Source of the DNA: Lama guanicoe
Taxonomy: Eukaryota
Length of the DNA: 64,000 nt
NCBI GenBank assembly: GCA_013239625.1
Contig: MU054764.1
Coordinates: 147,983-211,982 of the forward strand
Direction: 5' to 3'
Part shown: one piece after another, positions 35,215 to 47,100 of the stretch
Layout of the letters: each line of letters starts with the position of its first letter
Position numbering within the stretch: the stretch's first letter is position 1
Position numbers and translations under genes: made by a program
Notes under the pieces: generated by a model
Told to the model about the DNA's origin: nothing
Database searches by the model: none
What the model saw: the letters and a program-made list of their open reading frames with translations, nothing else

Positions 35215-35402
35215 AGTGCGCCTGTGTGTGCAGCTGTGTGCACATACGTGCGCATGTGCGAAGATGTGCATCTGTGAGCGTGTGTGCCTGATGCACGCGA
35301 GTCCGTGTGTGCATGTGTCTGTGCATGTGAGTCCCTGTGTGCAGGTGTGCGTTTCGGAGCGCCTGTGAGCATGGGAGTGAGCGTGCGATGACACACACGT
35401 GC
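35215..35402. repeat. degenerate (TG)n repeat
   Basis: direct reading. Confidence 0.85.
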
Positions 35403-35699
35403 TCCAGTCCCTCCTGGAGCCCCATGTCGCAGCGCGCAGCCCGGTGGGGGGACCCCGAGTCCAACGCCATCTGGGCCCTGGGAGTGGGAGCCCCGGGCCA
35501 CCCCACCCCATGCCCTGCGCGCCGAGTGCACCCGGAGTCTCGGGGTCAGGGCTGGGGTACCCCATGGTGGGGCAGGGCGGTCGGAGGGCTGGGGGGCACT
35601 CTGGCGGGCGGACACTGGCCGAGCTGGGGTCTCCGGGGCAGGGGGCGAGCAAGCCCTTGAGAAGCCCGGCCTTGGGATAAGCAAGTGTAGGGACTTGGG

Positions 35700-36870
35700 C
35701 GCCCTGGCAAGTGTAGGGAACCGGTACGGCCTCCGGTTCCGGGCCTGAACCCGCGAAAGACGCTCCTCCCACGGGACTCACGGGTCTGCGGGACGCGACC
35801 GGGACTCGCCTGGGGGTCATCAGGGCGGGTTAGCGGGGGTCGCAGCTGGGACTCAGGGCTGCGGGGCGAATTCGTGAGTCAGCGGGGTGAACCTGGAGGC
35901 TCGCAGCGGGGCCTGGGGCGTCACCAGGGCGAGCCTAGGGATCCGAACGGCCGCGGCTGGAAGAAGAACGGGCGTGGGACTCGGCGATCCCCCGCCTTCC
36001 ACCTCCGCCGCCGCCGCCGCCGCCGCCCGTCGCTTCTGGGGCCCGCCCGCCGTGACCTTGACAAGGTCAAAGCTGCCGCCGCGCCCGCCGGTCCACTAGG
36101 CGCATGGGCGGGGCTCGGCTCCCTACATGCCCCGGGGCGCGGCGCGCGGGAAGGGGCGGGACGTGGGCGGCGGCGCAGCCAATGGGCGCGGCGCTCGGGG
36201 GCGCGGGGCGCGATGGGCGCGGCGAGCGGGGGCGCGGGGCGGGGCGTGGGCTCCTTAGCGGCTGCGCGCTGGCCGCCCCGTCCTTTTGGTCCCGGCGGCG
36301 GCAGGGCTGACCAGCGGCAACCACCTTTACGCTTTCCGCGCCTCCGTTCCGCTCTCCGCCCGCTGCGCTGNNNNNNNNNNNNNNNNNNNNNNNNNNNNNN
36401 NNNNNNNNNNNNNNNNNNNNNNNNNNNNNNNNNNNNNNNNNNNNNNNNNNNNNNNNNNNNNNNNNNNNNNNNNNNNNNNNNNNNNNNNNNNNNNNNNNNN
36501 NNNNNNNNNNNCTCGCGCGGGCGCCCGGGCGAGTGGCCAGCGGCCAGTGTGGGTGGTCAGCGGACTGGGAGAGCCGCGTGCAGCGGGGCCGGAAGCGGGA
36601 GCCCGCGCCGCTTTGTCCGCGCGCGGCGGGCTTCCGGCTGCGGCCCGGGCGCGCGTCACGTGTGCGCTGCCGCATGGGCAGAAGTGGGGCCGCGGGCGCG
36701 CACGCGCTGTCAGAGGACCGGCGTCGGCGTCGGCGCTTGCGCACTGATCCCGGCGACGCCGGCCGGGGGCGGCGCATGCGCGGGGGCAGCCGCGTGGACA
36801 AACCCACGCAGCGCGCGGGCGGTGACCTTGGGCGGGTGGCAGTGGCCGAGCTAATATCTTTCGTCGGACT
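35700..36870 (+). promoter_or_regulatory. SLC25A6 CpG-island promoter and start of intron 1: (CCG)7, ERR-type palindrome, GC boxes, CCAAT (36179-36183), NRF1 motifs, pyrimidine-rich start near 36283
   Basis: motifs read directly from the sequence; 5'UTR-like segment ccttttggtcccggcggcggcagggctga precedes the gap. Confidence 0.8.
36371..36511. other. assembly gap expected to hide the SLC25A6 exon 1 CDS (other gaps: 4817-4861, 10843-11055, 15826-15961, 22675-22912, 25057-25196)
   Basis: 141 N between the 5'UTR-like sequence and intron 1; the missing CDS is 111 nt. Confidence 0.9.
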
Positions 36871-37165
36871 TGGGCGGTTTGACTCCTTTTGTACTTGTCT
36901 GTGTGGCTCTCAACCGGAATAAACTGCGTTACTTTCTTGCAGAAGTGTTACAAATGTAGTCGTAATAGGAACATTGTTGCCAGGTAGTTGCTTTAGAACA
37001 CTTGCAGGGACAGTGGGTTCCCAAAAAGGAACGGGTTTCTACACATGATGTTTGGGCAGGTTTAAGGCCTGGTAGGCGAGTTACCCTATTTTAAGGCCAG
37101 GCTTTTCGTTGGAGGGGGCGATAATTGCGGGCGTCTCGGGTAAAGCCCTCCCCGTCCACCCTCAG

Positions 37166-39033
<1,868 letters not shown>

Positions 39034-39405
39034 GCGCCACGGGCCCGGGCCCGCAGGGCCCCGGAGAGTGATACTGACACCTAACTGTTACGGACCACTG
39101 ACCTTCGAGAAATTCCAGGCCTTGCGGAGGGCCGGGCAGCTCCGGCCGAGGGCGCGTTGTCAGCGCGGCCGTCGGCACCGCGGGTCCATGTGTTGATTGG
39201 GGGGAGGGGAATCATGGTGTCTTCGTGGGTCCACAGGTGAGGCAGCTCCGCCAAGGCAGACCTAGACTCCAGGTGCTTGTAGGACCAACCCGTGTTTAAG
39301 TATTTATTTAAAACAAATCATGTCTCCCATTTGTACTTAAGCACTATTCTCTTTTGCACAGCCGAATACTTGCAATTACGTTCTACGTTGGGCATTCCGC
39401 TACAG

Positions 39406-39411
39406 AATAAA
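39406..39411 (+). terminator. SLC25A6 polyadenylation signal AATAAA
   Basis: AATAAA about 370 nt after the stop with a downstream GT-rich element (gttgtgtttgtg). Confidence 0.8.
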
Positions 39412-40939
39412 ACCGGGACTCAAGACGCAGTTGTGTTTGTGATTTGCGCGGACTTGTACGAGGGGCGGGGTGGTCTCTAGCTGCCTCCAGGAGAGGTGGC
39501 TGTGGGGACAGCCAGGCATGTCATGGGGTCCGCCCTTGGAAGGTGAGGGGTACTTGGGATTTCCGAGCTTCCCTGCCGCTCACCATCCCAGCCCACACTG
39601 CAGCTGGAGTCGAACCACAGGAGCCCTGGAGCGGCAGGCACTGTTCACCTGATAGCCTCCCCTGTGTCGTGGGCTTGCCCCTCCACCTGGCGTGCCGGGC
39701 CCCCAGCCCCAGGCATGTTGGCTTCCTTCATCCCCCAGAGCCGTTTCTGCACAAATTCTCAAGGTCACTGCAGGGACAGAACTTGTCGGCAGCTTCCACC
39801 AGGTGGACCCTGGATCCTGGTATCTCACGTTGGGGATCAGCTCCCCTAGTGCCCGTGGAAGTCAGGGAGCATCCCCGGTGTGTGCCCTGCACTCGGCCGC
39901 CCAGGCGAGAGCTGTCCCCTGGCTCCTAGGACCAGGCGACATTGAGGGGGTTAGTACAGGAGCTGGAGGCGGGGACAGTCCCAGAGGCCAGCTTAGTCCC
40001 CTGGAAGGCAGATCTCGCGCTACACCTCGAGACCACAGTGACGTCAGGTTAGAAACGTTAGCAGGCTTCCCCAAGGTCAGCTGCAGGTAACCAGGTCGGT
40101 TACCTGCAGGACAAGACCGGTCGGCACTCACACCTGCCCCGCGCTGGAGCCCTGCCTTCTGAGCCTCAGCACGGGCGGTGCACTGACTTCAAACCCGGAC
40201 ACCATCTGGAACTGCTGAAGCGTGCTAAGTTCTGGATTCGGAGTTGTGCAGTTCAGCTCACTGGAGAACCGTCCGTTTAAGGGCTTGTTCAAGCAGCAAC
40301 TTGAAACGGAGCCCCCGCAGGGCTTTGCGCTAAATCGGCAGCAGCAGTGACCTCAATCTGCGAGAGTCTGCATTTGTGATTCAGGGTGAATTCTTCATGC
40401 ACAAACTGGCAATGCTGACACGTAACGGAGGTTGAGGGATGAGGTCACTCCTGGGAAGCCCCGCTGCGTGGAGACCTGCTTTCCCGTGGGGTGTCTCCCG
40501 GGCGCCTGCCTGTGGGTGTCCTTCAGGGTGGCAGACACCTGGGCTCCCCGGCTTCCCCCTCCCCCGCCCAGTCTCTGGACGCAAGGCCGCCCCTCTGCGT
40601 CTGCCCCCCTCTACAGGAAACGCTGTCCTGACACCCCCTTGTCTGCTGCCCCAACCCGTGGTCTGTGTGCCGTCCCTGGGGTCGCCTCCCTTGCACGGGA
40701 TCTAAGGGGCTTCAAAGGGGACTTGCTGCAAGAAAACAAAATACAGTTAAAGACGGAGAAACCAGACCAGCAAAGGCCGCTCAGGACTCAGGAAGGAGCC
40801 AGTCCAGTGGACGTGGAAGCAGATGCAGCCAGTTCCAGGAGGCTGGAAAGTGCGTCCTGGTGGCCTTGGGGTGACCCCCCACCTCCAGGACCAAGTAAGG
40901 GGATGAAAAAGCCCTTTGAGAAATAATCGCAACAGAAAT

Positions 40940-40945
40940 TTTATT
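40940..40945 (-). terminator. IL3RA polyadenylation signal AATAAA (minus strand)
   Basis: tttatt on the + strand about 150 nt past the stop. Confidence 0.75.
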
Positions 40946-41090
40946 TTCTTCTGGGAGATAACCCTGTGTAAACTGCATTGGGCTCCCCACCACCCGCCCT
41001 CACAAACGCCCAATCGTCCAACCACCGCCAGGCTGTGCGCCTCCACCCAGCCCCCTCCTCCCTGCAGAGAGCGAGGGCTGTGCACCAGTT

Positions 41091-41159
41091 TCACTTTTCC
41101 CCCAAAATCTGCACCTCCGCCACTGGGCACTCCTGCTGCTTCTCTTCCTCCCAGGCCAT
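41091..41159 (-). CDS. IL3RA: IL3RA exon 12 (MAWEEEKQQECPVAEVQILGEK*)
   Basis: ccccacag acceptor; ECxVxEVQ motif; TGA stop. Confidence 0.9.
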   Translation of the reverse strand: MAWEEEKQQECPVAEVQILGEK

Positions 41160-44100
41160 CTGTGGGGTGAGGAAGTCGGGGTGAGCGGCAGGGCTGCGGG
41201 CGAGCAAGCGTGCCCTCGAATGCCTGGCCAGGGCAGGACCAGCCTTGGCACGAGGCTCCCAGGGCCCCACCTGCCCCAGGGAGCACCCCGGGGTAACCAC
41301 CCCGTGTCACAGGCTGGGAGACAGATCACGGCACCTGGCAACCTTTCCTGGCCACCCCTCGTGGCCAACAGACCCACGCACCGCAGGACCACCACGTACC
41401 ATCCTCTCGTTCTGAAGGTGGTCACTGATGGGGTCTTTCACATGAGGGATGGGCGGGAACAGCTGCTGCATCACCGCGTACCTGGCAGGAGAGAGAAATT
41501 CACCCGCTCGGAAACCCGCACCAACCGGCGTGTCACCGGGGAGACGCAGAGTCCGCTAGAGGGCCTCGGCGAGGCCACGGTGGATCCGGACTCCAGTCTC
41601 CTTTGGGAGGGGTCTCTGTTGACCCCGCCCCCAATCCGGAGACGAGCGGGAACGAGAAATCCGAGTCTTTGCAGAGGCGCACCTCCCCAGCTCACCCCGC
41701 CCCTGCACCTCACCAGAGACCTGTAAAGATGGAGGCGGCCCTAGGATCCTATCACCATGGCAACCTCCCTCACCCGACAGCTCCCGCCCGCAGCAGGTTG
41801 TCCCCTCCCTGCGACACTGGCCCATCCACTCCAAAACCGAGCCTCCGGGCAGGGCGGCTCAGCCTGAACCGCTTGGGTGGGGTGAGAGGGACGCCAGGAC
41901 AGAGACGGGACCGGAGCTAGAGGCTGGAGGAACAGCTCTCCCCGGACCAGGCAGGGCAGGTCCTGTGCCCGGGTCGCTAATTAGGCTGCACGCGCAGGTC
42001 TCCAAAAGGGACCTCCGTCGCGGGGAAAGGCGATGATAACCGGGCCGCCCACCTGCTGCTCGCTGGGTTGGGGAGCGGCCCCAGAACCACGTCCTGAGGT
42101 GGCTGGGGGCGGGGGGGGCATGTGGGCATGGTGTGAGGGAGCAAACAGTGGGGGTATGTGGGGACAAGCGGGAGTGGGTCTGGCTGCAGACCCCTCCCCT
42201 ACGTGTGCTGGGGGTCTCGGGAGGGACAGGCCCCCAAGATGTTGCACTGGGGACCCAGCTCCTTGGGTTCTGCGGGCGGCAGGGACCAGATGGCGGAAAC
42301 CAGGGTTCTGTTGGAGAAAGACCGTTGGGACGACTGGAGGAGGGGTGGTACGCCTGCGACGGGCGGGCGCGCGTTCCGCAGCCACGACGCGGGCGCACGG
42401 GTGGACGGGGTGGAGACGCGGGCGCGGCGGACCGGGCAGGGTCGGCTGCGTGGGAAGTGCGCTGCGCAGTCGGCTCCAGGAAACGACCCCGCAAAGCCCG
42501 GGGCGGCGGGCGCTCACCTTCTGCAAAGCAGGAGCACCAGCCCCAGCGCGAGCAGCGTCCCCAGCGCGATCAGCAAGGAGGTCAGCCACACCGGGAGGGG
42601 CGCGCGGCCACACACTAGGGAGAGGGGCGGAGGGGACGCGTCGGGCCGGTCCTGGGGGCTCCCGGGACGGTGCTTCCCCGGGGGATCCAGGAGGAGGTGG
42701 CCGGCACGTGTCCAGGAGCGCCGTCCACCTGGCGACCGCGGCCGCCTGCGCACCGGGCCGGTCCCCCCGCGGGAATCCCTCCCACGTCGCCAGAATCCCG
42801 TTGCCTCCCGACCACCGACGGACACTCGGAGTGGAGGGCTGGTAGCGCCGACCACTGGGGGGTCCCTCGGGGCTGCCCACTGCGCGGGACGCCCGGCCGC
42901 GCCAGGGTTTTCAGAGAGCTCGGCTTTCGCGGCTTCTCCGTGTGCCCTGGGCGCGTCTGCCGGCGCGGCCGAGGGGGCAACCACGCCCAGCCGGAGGGCC
43001 CGCGCCGGGGCCGGTTCTGCCGGGGGGGGGGGGGGGGGGGGGGAAACCAGGTGTCCCCCCCCCCCCCCCCCCCCCCATGCCTCAGTGCTTGACTTTGACA
43101 TATGATCATCATGGATTTTTTTCTCGTCGATTTTCATTTAAAAAAAAACTGCATTAAAAGGTTTATCTTGTGACTGAGACAGGAGGGAGGCCGCGGCAAG
43201 CCCAGGGACCCTGGAGTCCCCAGAAGCTGGAAGAGACAGGAAAGGGTCTCCCCTGGAGCCTCCAAAGGGAGGCTCTGATCTCAGACATCTGGTCCCCAGG
43301 ACTGGGAGAGGATGAATTTCTGTTGTGTAAGCCCCCTTTGTGGTCATCTGCTACAGCCGCCGCAGGGCTCAGGGGCACGGCCTCAGTTTCCTGCTATTCC
43401 AGGTTCTGAGTGCCAGGTTCTGGGGCCTGGGAGGAGGGTCTGGTTTCAAAACAGCTCTGGGAGAAACCCTTCCAATCAGACTGGGAAGCCAGTACCCAGG
43501 GCGACTTCGGATGGGACACCAAGGCCCCACTGCCGGCGACTGCTCCATTATTGCAAGACCCCAGGGGAAGGGGGAGAGGGACCGTCTGGTCCCCTCTCAC
43601 CATCTGTGGGGTCACCTGTCATCCTCAGAGAGGCATGTGGAACGCCAGCCCCTTCTCTGGACACCTCCTCCTCTGCACAGGGTGTCCGTCAGGCTGGTCG
43701 CCAGCTGTCTGTGCCTCCTTGAGCCCCACCCCGCAGGGGAAGGGAGAGGGCGCCCCACTCACCAAAGCGCTCCTGGGCACTCCATTCGCCCCACGAGGGG
43801 GCCAGCATGGCCGTGTGCCTGGCTCTTATTCTCACGGTGTAGGTTCCAGGATTGCTCAGCTTCAGGAAGTTGTCCTCAGTCTGCAGGTGAAAGGAAAGTA
43901 AAGGAGAAAGTCTGTCCCTGGTCCATGGGGAGGGAATGGGGCCTCCACTCGGGTTGCGTGGGTCCTCCCCAAATTCACATGTTGAGGTCCTAACCCTCAG
44001 CATCTCAGACCTAATCTGGAAATAGGGTCCATGCAGATGTAATTAGCCAAGAGAAGGTCGGGGTGGAGCATGGGGGACCCCGTATGGATATGACTGGTGT

Positions 44101-47100
44101 CCTTATAAAAAGGGGGAATTTGGAGACAGGCACACCCAGATGGGGAGTCCGCCATGTGGAATCGGGAGGGACGCCTGGAGCCCCCAGATGTGGGAAGGAC
44201 CCTCCCCTGGAGCCTCTGCAGGGAGCACGACCCTGACCCTGCCCACACCTGGATCTCACCATTCTGGGCTTCAGGACTGAGAGAGGGTGGTTTTAAGCCA
44301 CCCACTTCATGGTCCTTTTCATGACTGACTCAGGGAACTAAGACAGGCCCCCACGAGAGAAACCGGCCAGACCCCTCAGGGAGACAGGAAGATGTCTGGT
44401 GCTCAGAGGGGCCCGGGGCCTGAGAGCCACTTTCCCATCTCAGCCCAGGTGCTTGGAGTCCAAACAAAATTGTTGATAATCACTAGAAGGTCAATAACCA
44501 CGGCCACCACCAGTGAGGCCAAGACGAGCATTGCCGTCTGCAGGTGCCAGGTGGTGAGATGTGTCCCTAAGAAGGACACATCCCCCCAGAACCTGGGACT
44601 GAGACCGGGGTCTCTGCAGATGGGATGACGTGAAGGACCTGAGAGGAGGTCCTCCTGGAGGAGGTGGCCCTGCATCCAAGGACAGTGACCTTAGAAGAGA
44701 CAGAGGAGGAGAGACACAGACACTGAGGAGAAGCCACATGGAGACGGAGGCAGAGACGGGAGGGGAGGCAGAGACAGAGGGAGGAGAGATGGGGGGGTAT
44801 GGGGTCTGCAGCCGGCAGTTACAGGATATTTGTCTAACGCAGGGGCCACCGGTATGGGAGCACCCACCTCTGCTCTTGAGAGGGAGTTAACTACGTTCGT
44901 TAATTACAGCGTGGTGGCTCTCCCACCACATCCTGAGTGACTCAGAGGTGAAGGGCAGGTGGGCCTCCTTGGACAACACCAGGCAGGCGACAGCGTCTGG
45001 TCTATGGGCCCGGGAGCTTCACCTCAGAGTCCCCGGGCAGTAATGGAAATACGGAGCTGGCACTTGGCGATGCCGGGCTTGGCGAGGGCAGGGAACACCC
45101 ACCTGTTTGTGTTCGAGGTGCGCGCCCTGGAAGAGAGAAGCAGAGTGTGGGGGCCTGAGCCCGCCCCTAAGAAGGGCCCTCATTTCTTGCGGCAGAAAAA
45201 TCGAGTATCAAATGCGCGGTCATTGGGGATGAATAATAGAAACAGCACTTCTTCACACACAAATAATTACTAGAGGGAACAAGTCTAACGTATCAATGGA
45301 CTAAAACACTCCCTGGTCTTTAAAGAAAATAAAAGTAAGGGACTTGATCTTTTCTTTGAGCAGTTTTGGGTTAACAGGAAAACTGGGCATAATCACTGAG
45401 TGTAAATAATAAATAAACAATAATACATAAATCAGGAAAGAAAAATCATGAATGCAAGAAAATCATGGAGGGTAACCTACCAACTACGTCCAAAATATTT
45501 GGTCTTTTTTCTTTTTTCAATCAATAGAGTTGATGTTTTTTGAGTAGTTTACAGAGAAACTAAATCTAAGCAGGAATTGAGTATAAACAACCCTCATATA
45601 AATAAGTAGACATAATGAATAAATATACTAATTGAGTGTAAAAATACCAAAAGGATCTCTAAAGTGCTGTCATTTCCTTTTAGTTTATAGACTGATTTTT
45701 TGAGCAGTTTTAGGTTTCTAGAAATATTGAGTATGAAATAGTAATTAAGTGTAATAATGAACAAATAAGATATACAAATAGGTGAATCCAAATAATGGAT
45801 AAATGTAAGTAAGTAATTGAGTATAAAACACTGATTTAATTGACTCGGAAACATTTTTTCTTTAAATTAGCAGGTTTTTGGAGAGTTTTTAGAGTTATTG
45901 GACAATTAAATATAAGCAGTAATTGAATATAGATATTAAATAGACATAATAAATGTAAGTACGTAACTGAGTACAACATGCTGATTAACTCAAGATATTC
46001 AGTCTTTTTGTTTTCATTAGTAGATTCTTATCAGTACCTTTGGGTTTACAGAAAAGTTAACTATAAATAAATACAGTAAATAAACAGCAACGAACTAGAA
46101 GTGAGCAATTAAGTGTAAAATACCACCTAGTTAAGAAATACTGGATGCTTTTAATCTATAGGCTTAGAATTTTTTTTGAGCAGTGTTAGGCTTATGAAAG
46201 ATTCAGTCAGTGTCCCACAATGAAAGTGTTAAAAAAAAAAACAAAGGAATCAGTAATCAGTAGACGTTAACATGGCACATAAGTAAATAAACATCAAACA
46301 AATAAATAGACTAAAAATGCCGGTAATTATAAACCAGGTCCTACTGTATCGCACAAGAAACTACATTCAACGTTTTGTAATAAAGCAACTGGAGAAGACT
46401 GTATACATATGCACACATTGTCACCGAACCATTCTGCTGTACACCAGAAACTAATGCAACATTGTAAATCCACTCTACTTCAGTTTAAAAAAATTAAAAT
46501 TTAAAAAGACTACAGAGCACGGGGAACTATATTCCATTTCTTGTAATAACATATAATGGAAAAGAATTTAAAAATATATATATATATGTATAACTGAATC
46601 GCTTTGCTGTACACCTGAAATTAACACTGTCAACCAATGACACTTTAACAAATTTTTTTTTCAAATTAAAAAAGAAAAAAATGTCAGTAATTGAGTAGAG
46701 AATACTGGAAGCTCTGGTCATTTTCATGGAGGACTGTTTTCAAACATACCTGCACATTTTCACTAATACTTTTTTCCGGCATGCTGTGCATGGAGCAGCC
46801 CACACCTTGAAAGCATAAAATCTGCTGGCCTTTGAGAAACGTGTGCATGAACCCGGCACATCACTCAAGGTAGGGAGCATTTCCGTCACCCGCCCAATGC
46901 CCTCCAGCCCTCCCCAGTCGCCTTCCTCCCTGCACCCCGTGCCGCAGACCTCGGGCCTGTCCCTGTAGCTCATTCTCAATTTTCCTTCACAATTCTTTTC
47001 TTTTAGAACACGTTCAGGTGCACCCACGGGACCATCCAGGCTGGTCCTGGCTCACGAGGGGGAGGAGGATGCCACTGCACGGCTATATTTTATTCCCCCC

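Noticed and set aside
36371-37165. SLC25A6 as a 5'-truncated gene or pseudogene
   Set aside because: The missing 111-nt first coding exon fits the 141-N gap; promoter, introns and the remaining ORF are intact
41859-43137. Several 200-315-aa ORFs on both strands (similar ones at 31059-31964, 35874-36854, 47840-48769, 60237-61070)
   Set aside because: Pro/Gly/Arg/Ala-rich frames in GC-rich DNA with no recognisable domain beyond the true exons they overlap
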